Positions 32,715-43,336 of a stretch of DNA of 64,000 nucleotides are shown in pieces (position 1 is the first letter of the stretch; each line of letters opens with the position of its first letter). The position numbers and the translations under genes were made by a program. Origin of the DNA: a virus. The stretch spans positions 1 through 64,000 of IMG/VR virus record IMGVR_UViG_3300040770_000057; one strand, given 5' to 3'. The notes beneath the pieces are model-generated. The model was not told where the DNA came from. It saw only the letters and a list, made by a program, of their open reading frames with translations, and ran no database searches.

Positions 32715-33785
32715 ATGATCGACCTGTACCGTGTCAACACTCGTGAAGCTCAAGCAATGATGCTTGACGTTCTGCAAGTGGGACTTGTTCCCTATCTGCA
32801 ATCCTCTCCCGGTTGTGGCAAGTCTGCCATCACCCATGCTGTGAGTAGTACTCTGAACACCAAGCTGATTGACCATCGCTTGAGCACTTCTGAGCCAACG
32901 GACATGACTGGCTTGCCTCATTTCCGTGCTGACGGTACGGCTGCATTTGCACCGTTCCCAGACCTGTTCCCGCTGGATGACACTCCACTTCCTGCTGGCA
33001 AAAATGGATGGATGCTCTTCCTTGATGAGTTCAATTCAGCCTCTCGTGAAGTGCAGGCTTCTGCCTACAAGATCATCCTTGATCGCATGGTAGGTCAGCG
33101 AAGTCTGAACCCCAATGTGGCAATGGTTGCTGCTGGCAATCTCGACACTGATCGTGCCATTACCAACAAAATGTCAACGGCAATGCAGTCACGTTTGATT
33201 CACATCGAACTACAACTGGACTTTGACATTTGGATGGAAGATGTTGCACTGAAGATGAACTATGACCCACGGATCATTGCCTATCTCAGCTTCAACAAAG
33301 CTGCTTTGATGGACTTCGATGCGAACCATAAAGAGAAGACTTTCTGCTGCCCACGCACATGGGAATTTATGAACCGTTTGCTGGCCAACAAGCCTACTGT
33401 CGTTGACAGCCATGCTGCATTGTTCGCTGGAACAATTAGCTCCAGCGTCGCTGCTGAGTTCGTCAGCTACAACCAGATCTACAAAGATCTTGTGAGCATT
33501 CCAACAATCTTGGCTGCACCTCTTCATGCTCCGCTTCCTGTAGCAGCCAACGCACAGTGGGCCTGCATCACCAACATGATGAGCAACGTCACCAACGACA
33601 ATTTTGAGCACTTGGCTTCATACGCCAATCGGTTCACGATCACGTTCCGTGTGCTCTTCTTCAGGTCTATCCTGATCCGTCATCCACAGCTTCGCCGTCA
33701 CACAGCTTTCGCTGGTGCAATGGCAGATGTGGCCCGTTACATGAACCAAGACATGCAAGCCATTGCTGTCCCCACAAAGCCATGA
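32715..33785 (+). CDS. MoxR/CobS-like AAA ATPase (N4 gp24-like)
   Basis: SSPGCGKS (Walker A) and MLFLDEFN (Walker B). Paired with a downstream vWA protein. Confidence 0.75.
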   Translation: MIDLYRVNTREAQAMMLDVLQVGLVPYLQSSPGCGKSAITHAVSSTLNTKLIDHRLSTSEPTDMTGLPHFRADGTAAFAPFPDLFPLDDTPLPAGKNGWMLFLDEFNSASREVQASAYKIILDRMVGQRSLNPNVAMVAAGNLDTDRAITNKMSTAMQSRLIHIELQLDFDIWMEDVALKMNYDPRIIAYLSFNKAALMDFDANHKEKTFCCPRTWEFMNRLLANKPTVVDSHAALFAGTISSSVAAEFVSYNQIYKDLVSIPTILAAPLHAPLPVAANAQWACITNMMSNVTNDNFEHLASYANRFTITFRVLFFRSILIRHPQLRRHTAFAGAMADVARYMNQDMQAIAVPTKP

Positions 33786-34078
33786 TCAAACAAATCTTAC
33801 AAGCCATTCTTCAAGACAAAGTGATTGAAGACAAATGCAACGATGGTTGGGTTGCCATCACCCACACCCATGCTTTAAAAGTTATGGGCAATGGAGGTGG
33901 CCAGTATCTGCGTGTCAAACCAGATCCTAAACCTGACTTCAAAATCAACGCAAAGCTGACATTTGAAAGCCCTTCTCTTGTAATAAAAGAAATGCCAAAT
34001 TTTGGCAATCTTGCTTTAGTTTTTGATGGCGAAAGTGGACTACTCAAAGCAGCAACTTTCATTGCCCATTTAAAATGA
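33782..34078 (+). CDS. hypothetical protein
   Basis: 98 aa, ATGA overlaps on both sides. Confidence 0.55.
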   Translation: MIKQILQAILQDKVIEDKCNDGWVAITHTHALKVMGNGGGQYLRVKPDPKPDFKINAKLTFESPSLVIKEMPNFGNLALVFDGESGLLKAATFIAHLK

Positions 34079-35214
34079 ACACCTCTGGCCTGTCGGATGA
34101 GCAACTGAACAAGATTCTCGACAAATCTAAAACAGACATTCTGCTCGGCAAAAAGGCAAGCTTCTTCGGATCACTTTTGTGTTCCTTAGAAGTTGTCTGG
34201 TCAGACTCAGTTCGCTACGCTGCCACTGACGGTACATGCCTGTACTTCAATGCAGACTGGTGGCTGACACTGCCCATGCCGACTCGACGCTTCGTGCTCA
34301 TGCATGAGCTTGAACACGTTGCACGGCTACACATGCTTCGCTGTGGTGGTCGTGATATGCATATCTGGGTTCGTGCCTGTGATGCTGTCATCAATCAATT
34401 CTTGATTCGTGATGGTGAATCCATCGACCAAATCGAATGGATCATTCTCATGCCTGAGTATGCAGACATGGCTGAGGAACACGTTTACGACCTCATGATG
34501 AAAGAGCATGGGCAAAACCCACAAGATGACAAAGAAGACGAGCATGACTTAGATGCATTGATTGCTGCCAACTCAGGCAAAGCAAACAAGGTCATCAGTG
34601 CTGTCATTCGTGCAACGCAACAGTCAAAGCTGTATGGCAAAGGTGAGGACATTCCTGCCTACGTATCTGAACTTGTTCAGAAATTCATGACACCTAGTAT
34701 CCCTTGGGAGACTGTGCTTTATGAATGGTGCAGTGAGTTCATCAGAGGTAGTCTTAGCTGGAAGCGACCAAACCGTCGATTCCCATCAATGTACATGCCA
34801 TCAAAGGACAAGAAAACTGCAACCTTGCAGCACTTGATTTACTTCTTTGATACGTCAGCATCCATCACTGATGAGATGGTCATGCGCTTCAATGCTGAAG
34901 TGCAGTACATCAAGGAAACTTTGAACCCAAAGCTTCTTACCTTGGTTCAATTTGACACTGACATTCGTGACGTTCGCTCGTTCGATGAATCAGAGCCATT
35001 TGAAATAACTTCTGTCTCTGGCAGAGGTAACACTTCTCTGGAATGTGTGAAGGCTTACATTGAAAAAGCAAAGCCAACTGCTGCCATCATCTTCTCAGAT
35101 ATGGAATGTGATCCGATGCCCAAACCAGAAGGTGACACGCCGATCATTTGGGCTGTGCTCAACGATCCCCACATTCAAATCCCTTACGGAAAGATAGTTC
35201 ACATATCTGCTTAA
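34075..35214 (+). CDS. vWA-domain protein with N-terminal metallopeptidase-like motif (N4 gp25-like)
   Basis: VLMHELEHV (HExxH) and FFDTSAS (MIDAS DxSxS). Confidence 0.7.
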   Translation: MNTSGLSDEQLNKILDKSKTDILLGKKASFFGSLLCSLEVVWSDSVRYAATDGTCLYFNADWWLTLPMPTRRFVLMHELEHVARLHMLRCGGRDMHIWVRACDAVINQFLIRDGESIDQIEWIILMPEYADMAEEHVYDLMMKEHGQNPQDDKEDEHDLDALIAANSGKANKVISAVIRATQQSKLYGKGEDIPAYVSELVQKFMTPSIPWETVLYEWCSEFIRGSLSWKRPNRRFPSMYMPSKDKKTATLQHLIYFFDTSASITDEMVMRFNAEVQYIKETLNPKLLTLVQFDTDIRDVRSFDESEPFEITSVSGRGNTSLECVKAYIEKAKPTAAIIFSDMECDPMPKPEGDTPIIWAVLNDPHIQIPYGKIVHISA

Positions 35215-35216
35215 AC

Positions 35217-35354
35217 ATGAACATGCACATTTTTGTTGGGCCAAAAAACCCACACGCAACTCCAGTAGTGATTGAAACCAATCTTGCTTGGGCAATCCCC
35301 TACTGGACTGAGCGTAAAAGACTCAACCCCCTCATCAACTGGAAATTCAAATGA
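35217..35354 (+). CDS. possible 45-aa ORF
   Basis: MNMHIFVGPKNPHATPVVIETNLAWAIPYWTERKRLNPLINWKFK. ATGA overlap with thyX. No SD. Confidence 0.3.
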   Translation: MNMHIFVGPKNPHATPVVIETNLAWAIPYWTERKRLNPLINWKFK

Positions 35355-36118
35355 ACCAAGAAAACTACGAATCCTGCTCAGTCGAACTCGTTCAAGGCTG
35401 CGTCAACGGTGACTTACTCGTAGTCAACGCTGCACGGGCTTCTTTTGCAAAAGAGAAAATCAAACTTACTCCTGACGATACAGGCTTGCTGCGTTATCTC
35501 GCAACTGGCTTTCGTACAAAAGAGTGGACAGAGTACCTGAACCAAGTGAAGCAAGCTGTACGCACTGGTGATGATGAACTGCTTGAACGTCTGCTCAAAG
35601 CCTATCGTGCCAAGGCTGTGCATTGGGCACCGTTCGGCCATCCACACGTTACCCTGCGACTTGTCATGCCAGTCTTTCTGGCTCGCCAATTCGTCAAGCA
35701 TCAAGTGGGCGGTGTTTGGTCAGAAGCCTCACGCCGTTATCTTGATGACAAGTGGACGTTCTACAAAGAACCAGAATGGCACAGCCGACCTGATGACATA
35801 AAGCAAGGCTCTGGTGCTGCTTTGTCAGAAGCAAAACAGACAAGCATCAACAACCTTGTGGACACCCACATTGAAGCTTCGCTCAAGCTGTACAACTACA
35901 TGCGTACCACTGGTGTTGCACCAGAAGAAGCTCGTGAAATCATGCCATTGAATCACATGACCACTGTAGTGTGGACGGGTAGTTTGTTGTTCTGGGTGCG
36001 TGTGGTTCAGCTTCGCGTTGAAGCACACGCTCAACTCGCTGCCCAAGAACTTGGCAAGCAAATTGCCAAGGAAATCCAGTCTCAATGTCCGCTCAGTTGG
36101 AATGCACTGATGCGGTAA
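35351..36118 (+). CDS. thyX: FAD-dependent thymidylate synthase
   Basis: KHQVGGVWSEASRRY is a variant of the ThyX RHRxxSxxxxSxRY motif. NAARASF near the N-terminus. Confidence 0.75.
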   Translation: MNQENYESCSVELVQGCVNGDLLVVNAARASFAKEKIKLTPDDTGLLRYLATGFRTKEWTEYLNQVKQAVRTGDDELLERLLKAYRAKAVHWAPFGHPHVTLRLVMPVFLARQFVKHQVGGVWSEASRRYLDDKWTFYKEPEWHSRPDDIKQGSGAALSEAKQTSINNLVDTHIEASLKLYNYMRTTGVAPEEAREIMPLNHMTTVVWTGSLLFWVRVVQLRVEAHAQLAAQELGKQIAKEIQSQCPLSWNALMR

Positions 36119-36140
36119 TCAACCACCAAGGAATCGAACC

Positions 36141-36530
36141 ATGAACACCAATCCCCGCATCGGCTTAAACACCACTTTGCTGCAAGCATCAATGCTTGTC
36201 TCTGAGGGCAATCCCGGTGCAATGACTGCTTTGATGGCTCTAATCAAAGAGTCCCCAAAGATTGATCCTCAATCAATCTGGAAAGAGTGGGGACCGTTCA
36301 TGTCGTTCGATTCTTACGCCATTTACGGCTCTGAAATCCATGTGCTTTACAAGTACATCTGTGAGTTCAATTGCCTGAAAGTTCTCACGCTCTTGCGTGC
36401 AGTTCAGCTTGGCCTCCTGCCATGTGCAGCACTCAAAACTGCAATTGAAACAGAGCAACACAACTTCAACTTTGAAGAGTTGCTGTACAAAGTCCAAGAA
36501 CAAGTTTCCCAATTTGGTCGTGAGGAATAA
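36141..36530 (+). CDS. hypothetical protein
   Basis: 129 aa, AAGGAA SD. Confidence 0.6.
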   Translation: MNTNPRIGLNTTLLQASMLVSEGNPGAMTALMALIKESPKIDPQSIWKEWGPFMSFDSYAIYGSEIHVLYKYICEFNCLKVLTLLRAVQLGLLPCAALKTAIETEQHNFNFEELLYKVQEQVSQFGREE

Positions 36531-36533
36531 ATC

Positions 36534-36749
36534 ATGCCTCAGAAATACCAACTAGCAACCGACAGTGCCATCAATGAAGCTGCCAAAGCAGGCACTGTCG
36601 TGTACGACTGTGTGAAGTGTGATTACGGCTGTGCGAGTGATGACAGCTACTACAAAAAAGAACATCACACTTCCATCACTTTGGATTCCACAGGTGATTA
36701 CCCATTCTTCACCCACCCCACAAAAGACCTCATCAAAATCAAGGAATAA
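36534..36749 (+). CDS. hypothetical protein
   Basis: 71 aa, GAGGAA SD, CVKCDYGC. Confidence 0.55.
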   Translation: MPQKYQLATDSAINEAAKAGTVVYDCVKCDYGCASDDSYYKKEHHTSITLDSTGDYPFFTHPTKDLIKIKE

Positions 36750-36751
36750 TC

Positions 36752-39163
36752 ATGCAAGTCACACATACAGAAGATCACGTAACCCACGCTGTCATTGGTG
36801 GAGCCAAGCAGATCGACATGGGTATCAGCGACAGTGCTGAATTCTTTCACATCTTGTCCAGTACCTTGTATTCAGATCAAAAGCTGGCTGTGGTTCGTGA
36901 GACTGTCTGTAATGCATGGGATGCACACATCGACTCCAATCGCAAAGACAAAGCTATCACCATCACTGTGTCTGAAGAGGCAATCACCATTCGTGATTAC
37001 GGCTACGGCATTCCCAAGGATCTGATTGGCCCTATCTACGGCGTCTATGGTGCTTCCACCAAAAAGAACGATGGCAATGCTACTGGTGGCTTCGGTCTGG
37101 GCTGCAAGTCCCCATTTGCCTACACTGACAACTTCCAAGTGACTTCGTTTTGTGATGGTGTTCGCACCATTTACAACATGAGCAAGTCCTCTGCTGTTGT
37201 CGGCGGCAAGCCAAGCATTGTCCCAATCGCCAGCTTCCCCACAACCGAAACTGGTTTGGAAGTTGTCATTCGCCTGACTGAGAAAAGCCATCGCAGAATG
37301 TTCCGTGATCTGTTTGATCGCATCGTCTGGAATGGTGGTATCCGTGCCACGATGAATGGTGCTGTAATGCCCACGCTGAAAACGTATGCAGTCAAAGAAA
37401 AGTTTTTTCTGACTGACCGCGAAGTACTGAGTAAGTCATCGCAAATGGCCATCAGCTATGGCAATGTCATCTATCCTTTGGATGAGCATTCTCACTATGC
37501 ACCTGAATACCGTAAAGCAATGGAGGTGATCAATTCAGCTACAGAAAACAAAGCAAGTAGCTGCACGTTGGTTCTCATTGCACCACCTAACAGCATTTCT
37601 GTAACGCCAAGCCGTGAGTCTTTGTCCATGCAAACTCACACCTTGAACACAGCAAAAATCTTGCTGCATGATTTTGTGTTGAATGCTTCCAAAGTACGAA
37701 GCAATTCCACACTGGAAATCGTTCGTGACTCTGTTGAACAAGCTGTGAAGAAAAAGCTTTTTGACAAGGTGCTTAACCAACACGCTTCGCTACCCAATAA
37801 ACCAGCCAAAGGAAGAACCAGTGCTCACTATGGCAAAGATTTCACTGTCTTTGACTTTGATCATTTGAGCAAACTTCATCTTGGCTATGAGTACCCATCC
37901 GAGCATTCAAAGTTTGACTTCAAACTTCGCATCAGCGAGTTGATGAAAGCAGGACACACCCCTGCTGGTTTGGGTCAGTCGTTTTTACGTGCATTTTCCA
38001 AAGCTCGTAACAATAACGAACGGCGTTCACTGTGGGCAAACAAGCATGTTGTGTGGCCAGTTCTTCGGAGAATGAAAGCTGTAGAGGGAATGTCGGCAGA
38101 ACGCTTGTTGGTCTATGGAGTGACAAGTCGTTGGAGTCGTGATCCGCAAACACATAAAGCAACAGAACTTGGTGGATTTCCACTGTACAGATCTGCATCA
38201 CTTTTGCGAAACACAATTGTGGTCACCTATACACGAAAAGATGTGGAAGATCGTCTTCGTCACTCTGAAGAGATGAAGGAATTTGGTCGTGATGGGGTAG
38301 GCTTGATGTATGTAGTGCCTCGGAGTCAACCTCGTGTTGATGAAGCACTTCAGTTCTTCAAGTCTCACGGCTACCGTGTAGTCAATTTGACCCAACCACA
38401 AAAGGGTGAACACTCCAGTGTTGTCGCCCCAATTGCTGTCCGTGCTCCAGCAAAAACACGTTCAGTGGGTTTGCCTTTGGTAACCAACGGTACCCCTGTC
38501 GGAAGAGACAGTTTTCATGCTTCTGTATATTGGGATGACTCTCTGCCTCGCACTACAGATCCTGAATATGTAGTGCTGTGTACCAACGCAATTGATGGCA
38601 AGCTGTCATCAAAGTTCAACGAGTTCAATCGTGAAATATCTGGGCTAATTGCCAAACATTTTGGAGCAACAGGTGGTGTTGTCCGAACCCGTGTGCAAGA
38701 AGCAACTTACATCAAGAAAGGTGCGAAAGAAATCCATGATTTTTTAATTCCAAAGATCTGTACGTACATCCAAAACTGCCCACTCATCTATGCAAATAGA
38801 GCAGCAGTTTTGACAATGCCAAAGGACATTTACGATGGCAGGACAACTCTGATTGAAAGACTCAACGCCAGTAAACAGGCATTGGCTGTCTTGAATCTGG
38901 CACACCCATTGTCTGATGTGTCACAGGACTACATGACAATGTGGAGAGTAATCTCGCAAAGAAGCCATCCAGATATACAGGCAACAGACAAGTATCTGGA
39001 CGAGATCCCTCAATCTGCTGATGCAACAACACTGAGCCAAGGGATTGAGAAATCAGAAATAGCTCATTGCATTGACGCTAGAGAACTTGTTTTTGGGCTT
39101 CAATCAAAAGATCCCAACAAGCAAAACGCAGCACTGAAATTGCTGCAATTCGTTATCACTTAA
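36752..39163 (+). CDS. rIIA-like protein with GHKL-type ATPase N-domain
   Basis: ETVCNAWDA (N box), IRDYGYGI (G1) and GGFGLG (G2). 803 aa. Followed by an rIIB-sized gene, as in other N4-likes. Confidence 0.6.
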   Translation: MQVTHTEDHVTHAVIGGAKQIDMGISDSAEFFHILSSTLYSDQKLAVVRETVCNAWDAHIDSNRKDKAITITVSEEAITIRDYGYGIPKDLIGPIYGVYGASTKKNDGNATGGFGLGCKSPFAYTDNFQVTSFCDGVRTIYNMSKSSAVVGGKPSIVPIASFPTTETGLEVVIRLTEKSHRRMFRDLFDRIVWNGGIRATMNGAVMPTLKTYAVKEKFFLTDREVLSKSSQMAISYGNVIYPLDEHSHYAPEYRKAMEVINSATENKASSCTLVLIAPPNSISVTPSRESLSMQTHTLNTAKILLHDFVLNASKVRSNSTLEIVRDSVEQAVKKKLFDKVLNQHASLPNKPAKGRTSAHYGKDFTVFDFDHLSKLHLGYEYPSEHSKFDFKLRISELMKAGHTPAGLGQSFLRAFSKARNNNERRSLWANKHVVWPVLRRMKAVEGMSAERLLVYGVTSRWSRDPQTHKATELGGFPLYRSASLLRNTIVVTYTRKDVEDRLRHSEEMKEFGRDGVGLMYVVPRSQPRVDEALQFFKSHGYRVVNLTQPQKGEHSSVVAPIAVRAPAKTRSVGLPLVTNGTPVGRDSFHASVYWDDSLPRTTDPEYVVLCTNAIDGKLSSKFNEFNREISGLIAKHFGATGGVVRTRVQEATYIKKGAKEIHDFLIPKICTYIQNCPLIYANRAAVLTMPKDIYDGRTTLIERLNASKQALAVLNLAHPLSDVSQDYMTMWRVISQRSHPDIQATDKYLDEIPQSADATTLSQGIEKSEIAHCIDARELVFGLQSKDPNKQNAALKLLQFVIT

Positions 39164-39176
39164 CCCAAGGAAAAAT

Positions 39177-40625
39177 ATGCTAAATCCCAACATTGTTCGG
39201 GTAGTCGCTGCTGTTGTGGACATTCACAATCTCACGCTCTACACAGAAGAAGGCAACACTATTGTCATCCCGCAAGGTGACATTCGTGTTGCTCCCATCG
39301 TCCGAATTGTGACTCCGATCTGTGCTGCTGGAAAAGTTGCTGAAGTTGACTTGTCAACTGAAAACTTCTACACCGCAATGGAACAGAAATCAAACGGCTT
39401 GGTCAAGCTGTTCCGTGTTGCTCGCAGCAAACTGGCAGCTTTCTTCAGCAAAAGCGAAGAAGCTGATTTGGTGGCTCCAATGGAAGTTGGCAAGCCAATT
39501 CAAGTCAGCAATCTCCAAGCAGCAACTGAAGAAATCATGAAACATGCTGTGTCTGTTTCTGATCCAAAGTTCACAGAGCAGGATCTGCACACTGAAGATG
39601 CTCATCAAGATGACTCTGAAGAAGGAGATACTGTGATTGCAGTAGTGAACAGCCGTGTTCTGCCGGATGCTCACAAGATGAAAGCTCAGATCCAACATGC
39701 AGTGGCAACAGACAATCCTGCTGCACTGGCCAAATTCATTGAGCGATGCACCTCTTCAAAGAGGCGTCACACAATGGAAGAACTCATGCGCTTTATGCAG
39801 CGTGGAGATCTGCCAGTTGCAGACGATGGTTCCATTGTGATCTACAAAATTCTGCGTAAGCGGAAAATTGATGGCCACGAAGAGTTCGATTACGTTGATT
39901 GCCACACCGGAAAAGTGCCACAGTCTGTGGGTAGCTACGTGTACATGGATGAATCACTTGTTGATCCAAACCGTGGGCAGGAATGCTCCAACGGTCTGCA
40001 TGTCGCTCGTCGTGGCTACCTCAGTGGCTTTAGTGGTGATGTGGTTGTCATTGCCAAGGTCGCTCCAGAAGATGTGGTTGCAGTGCCCCAGTACGACTCC
40101 AACAAGATGCGTGTCTGTGGTTATCACATTCTGTACGAACTGAATGATGAAGACTTTCAAGCTTTGCGGTCAAACCAACCAATCAAGACTCCTGACGGCA
40201 AAAAGAAATTGGCTAACGCCATTTCAGGCCAACACGTTGGTGTCTTGACGAAAGTGAAAATTGGTGCCCAGAGTGGATCCAACATCAGCAAAACGGCCAT
40301 GCCTACCAACCAACAGACGGTAGCTCTCAAAGCTGCTGAAGTGACGGAAGACACGCCAGAAGCTTCTGCCATCCAAAGCGAAGCAGAGTATCAAGCTCCA
40401 CCTGTAGATCCAAAGACAGTAGCTCAAGATGTGCTGGCTACCCAGTCTGGTGCTCCAACTCGTGCTGAACAGGCACGGGCACTCTACGTTGTGTTCAAGC
40501 AAGCTAAGGACAAAAAGTCCAAAGAAGAAGCAGCCGCTGCTCTTATGGCTTTCAAGAAAGCAAAGAAAGTCAGTTGGGATTCCCTTGGCATCACAAGTGC
40601 TGAAGTGGACAAGCTGACGAAGTAA
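39177..40625 (+). CDS. rIIB-like protein
   Basis: 482 aa directly after the rIIA-like gene. Call rests on adjacency and size. Confidence 0.45.
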   Translation: MLNPNIVRVVAAVVDIHNLTLYTEEGNTIVIPQGDIRVAPIVRIVTPICAAGKVAEVDLSTENFYTAMEQKSNGLVKLFRVARSKLAAFFSKSEEADLVAPMEVGKPIQVSNLQAATEEIMKHAVSVSDPKFTEQDLHTEDAHQDDSEEGDTVIAVVNSRVLPDAHKMKAQIQHAVATDNPAALAKFIERCTSSKRRHTMEELMRFMQRGDLPVADDGSIVIYKILRKRKIDGHEEFDYVDCHTGKVPQSVGSYVYMDESLVDPNRGQECSNGLHVARRGYLSGFSGDVVVIAKVAPEDVVAVPQYDSNKMRVCGYHILYELNDEDFQALRSNQPIKTPDGKKKLANAISGQHVGVLTKVKIGAQSGSNISKTAMPTNQQTVALKAAEVTEDTPEASAIQSEAEYQAPPVDPKTVAQDVLATQSGAPTRAEQARALYVVFKQAKDKKSKEEAAAALMAFKKAKKVSWDSLGITSAEVDKLTK

Positions 40626-40631
40626 GCCCAC

Positions 40632-40669
40632 AGATACCTCTAGTTGTAATAAACTAGAGGTATCTTTTT
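40632..40669 (+). terminator. intrinsic terminator
   Basis: 12-bp stem AGATACCTCTAG/CTAGAGGTATCT followed by TTTTT. Confidence 0.8.
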
Positions 40670-40686
40670 AATTGGAGTTTACTACC

Positions 40687-40992
40687 ATGTCCGTAATCCT
40701 TCGCGTTAATCGCAAAACCCATGATGCAGACATTATTCGCTTGAATAGTGTTGGCATGTCCCTTGCGACTATCGCAAAGACTTTGGGGTGCCACCCCACA
40801 ACAATCACTGCGAGATTACATTCACTCAAAGTTCCACCAGCCGACACCAGACGCTCTTTCATGGAAGACGTACTGACTTCCATGACCACCGCTCAACAAG
40901 AGTGGTTAGCCGATCAACTAGGCCCACATTCCAATATCAAAGATTTTGTGAAAAGTGCCATTGTGGATCGTTATCTGAAAGCAACTGAATAG
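40687..40992 (+). CDS. HTH DNA-binding protein
   Basis: 101 aa from MSVILRV (GGAG SD). GMSLATIAKTLGCHPTTITARL is HTH-like. Confidence 0.6.
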   Translation: MSVILRVNRKTHDADIIRLNSVGMSLATIAKTLGCHPTTITARLHSLKVPPADTRRSFMEDVLTSMTTAQQEWLADQLGPHSNIKDFVKSAIVDRYLKATE

Positions 40993-41000
40993 AAAACATC

Positions 41001-41471
41001 ATGAACACTCACCCTCAACCCCAACCTGATTCACTAGGCCATTCAACTCAATGGATCCAAGCTTGCTTGCCTGATCCAAAAGTGAAAGACTTCCATACTC
41101 AGTTCGGCGTCTTCTGTGAAGAAGTAACCGAAGTGATCAAAGAGGTCAGCCCACGGGATGACGTTACCCATGACCTTCTCAGGGCTGCACAAGAAGCCAT
41201 GAGCAAACTAGGCGATCATCTCAAAGCCAGCAACTGCGTCATCTACATTGACACCCCAAACCGCAAAAACTTCCTCAAGGAAATGTGCGATGTGGCTGTC
41301 ACATTGACTACAACAGCACACACCCAGAAGATGAACATCGAAGGTGGTATGCACGCTGTCAACAATGCAAACTTCTCCAAGTTTGATCACGGCAAACCTT
41401 TGTTTGACGCCAATGGTAAAGTGGTCAAAGGACCGAATTACAAAAAAGCCGATCTCAGCCTGTTTGTCTGA
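41001..41471 (+). CDS. MazG-like nucleotide pyrophosphohydrolase (tentative)
   Basis: FCEEVTEV (EExxE) and KEMCDV (ExxD), spaced as in the MazG fold. Confidence 0.4.
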   Translation: MNTHPQPQPDSLGHSTQWIQACLPDPKVKDFHTQFGVFCEEVTEVIKEVSPRDDVTHDLLRAAQEAMSKLGDHLKASNCVIYIDTPNRKNFLKEMCDVAVTLTTTAHTQKMNIEGGMHAVNNANFSKFDHGKPLFDANGKVVKGPNYKKADLSLFV

Positions 41472-41493
41472 ACATTCCCCCTCAACAAACTGA

Positions 41494-41515
41494 AGCCCCT
41501 ACTCAGGGGCTTTTT
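41494..41515 (+). terminator. intrinsic terminator
   Basis: AGCCCCT-ACTC-AGGGGCT followed by TTTT. Confidence 0.7.
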
Positions 41516-41527
41516 CATTGGACAATC

Positions 41528-42817
41528 ATGAACCAACTCAACCAAGGTCAGCAACTTGCTGCTGACGGATTTTTCAAATTCCTCTTCGACACCGATCAAA
41601 AAGAAATGATCATTGCTGGCCCCGGTGGAGTAGGCAAGACTTTTCTGATGGGTTACCTCATCGACACCATCATGCCCCAGTATCACGACACCTGTACGTT
41701 GATGGGCATTGATTCGTTGTATGACGATGTGGTGATGACAGCCACAACAAACAAAGCTGCTGAGGTGCTCAGCAAGTCCACTGGCCGTCCTTCAGGCACG
41801 ATTCATTCGTTCCTAAACCTACGTGTCAAGGACGACTTCAGCACAGGCCAGTCTTCATTGGTTCGTACCCAAAACTGGGTTGTTCGTTCACGGACAATCC
41901 TGTTCATTGACGAATGTTCAATGATCGACAAGGCACTCTATCGTGCCATTCGGGAAGGAACCATGAACTGCAAGATCATCTACGTGGGTGATCGCTGCCA
42001 ACTGTCTCCAGTTAAGGAGGTGTTGTCTCCAGTTTATCTGAACAACCTCCCCTACTACGAACTCACTGAGCCAATGAGAAATGCAGATCAGCCTGCCTTG
42101 ATGGCTCTGTGTCAGCAATTGCGTGACACCGTAAACACGGGTGTGTTCACAGACATTCAAACCGTTCCCGGTGTGATTGATCATTTGAATGACGCTCAAA
42201 TGGAACATGAAGTGTCTCAGTTCTTTCCCGAAAACAAAGGAGAGCTTCGCTTGCTGGCATACACCAATGTAATGGTGAACCAGTACAACGGGTATATCCG
42301 GGAAAAGCGTACTTTACCAAGCGAAGTCACTGAAGGTGAAGTGCTTATCAACAACTCGTCGTTTCGCCAAGGCGATCAGAGTTTGTCTGTTGAAGAAGAG
42401 ATCACCATCGTCCGTATCAACGATACGTATGAAAAGCAGATCACCAGCAACGTCAGCTTGATGGTGCAAGACTGCTGCATCAAGACTTCGTTTGATCAGA
42501 TCATTGTCAGTGCAATGGTTCCAGTGGACAAGCATCACTACGGCGAACTGGTGAAGTACTTCGCTCGTCAAAAAAACTGGGAACGATATTTCTTCTTGAA
42601 GAATTCGTTTGTCGATTTGCGTCCTCGTGATGCATCGACAGTTCACAAAGCACAGGGCAGCACTTGCGACACTGTGTACATCGACCTGAGTGACCTCAGT
42701 GTCTGCACTCAATCAGATCAAGTAGCACGGCTGCTTTACGTAGCTGTGACTCGTCCACGTAACCGTGTTGTGTTTTACAACCAATTAGCTGACCGCTTCA
42801 ATGTGAAGGTTCAGTAA
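41528..42817 (+). CDS. Dda/RecD-like SF1 DNA helicase
   Basis: GPGGVGKT, LFIDECSMI, VGDRCQLSPV, TVHKAQGST and YVAVTRPR. Confidence 0.8.
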   Translation: MNQLNQGQQLAADGFFKFLFDTDQKEMIIAGPGGVGKTFLMGYLIDTIMPQYHDTCTLMGIDSLYDDVVMTATTNKAAEVLSKSTGRPSGTIHSFLNLRVKDDFSTGQSSLVRTQNWVVRSRTILFIDECSMIDKALYRAIREGTMNCKIIYVGDRCQLSPVKEVLSPVYLNNLPYYELTEPMRNADQPALMALCQQLRDTVNTGVFTDIQTVPGVIDHLNDAQMEHEVSQFFPENKGELRLLAYTNVMVNQYNGYIREKRTLPSEVTEGEVLINNSSFRQGDQSLSVEEEITIVRINDTYEKQITSNVSLMVQDCCIKTSFDQIIVSAMVPVDKHHYGELVKYFARQKNWERYFFLKNSFVDLRPRDASTVHKAQGSTCDTVYIDLSDLSVCTQSDQVARLLYVAVTRPRNRVVFYNQLADRFNVKVQ

Positions 42818-42827
42818 GGAGCTTTCA

Positions 42828-43328
42828 ATGGATAAGGATAAACAAGAAGTTCTCCTAGACATATTCAAAGTTCTCTTTGAAGGTGAAAACCGTAGATGCA
42901 GAAAGGAACTTGATGCTTTAATTGAAGATAACAATTTGATCAAAGGAGTTGCTGCTTTCGGTTTTACTTTTGGTGGAATTCCTTATCTAAAAACCTCTGC
43001 TGTCAGGGTTACACCAGAAAGTCGTCCCTCACTTTCGTATCAGCTATGTCCACGTATGGATCAGTACGTTGCTGATGCTGCTCAGCTAAGTCTTGACTAC
43101 AAGCAAATACGCCAAGCAATAACTTTGCTTTGCGAAAAAGTGTTCACTTGGGAAGACCTCAGAAATGCACTGCCAGAATGTCTTGTATCTTGCTCAAGCG
43201 TTCTGCGTGCTTACCCACGTACAAAAGAAGCAGGGTTTACCTTGCTAGAAAACCCAAGGCAACATAAGCAATTCTTGGCTTTGGTGACAAAAATGGAAAT
43301 GTACTTTGCCACAAGGCTAATGTTTTAA
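42828..43328 (+). CDS. hypothetical protein
   Basis: 166 aa, TAAGGAG SD. Confidence 0.6.
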   Translation: MDKDKQEVLLDIFKVLFEGENRRCRKELDALIEDNNLIKGVAAFGFTFGGIPYLKTSAVRVTPESRPSLSYQLCPRMDQYVADAAQLSLDYKQIRQAITLLCEKVFTWEDLRNALPECLVSCSSVLRAYPRTKEAGFTLLENPRQHKQFLALVTKMEMYFATRLMF

Positions 43329-43336
43329 GGAATCAC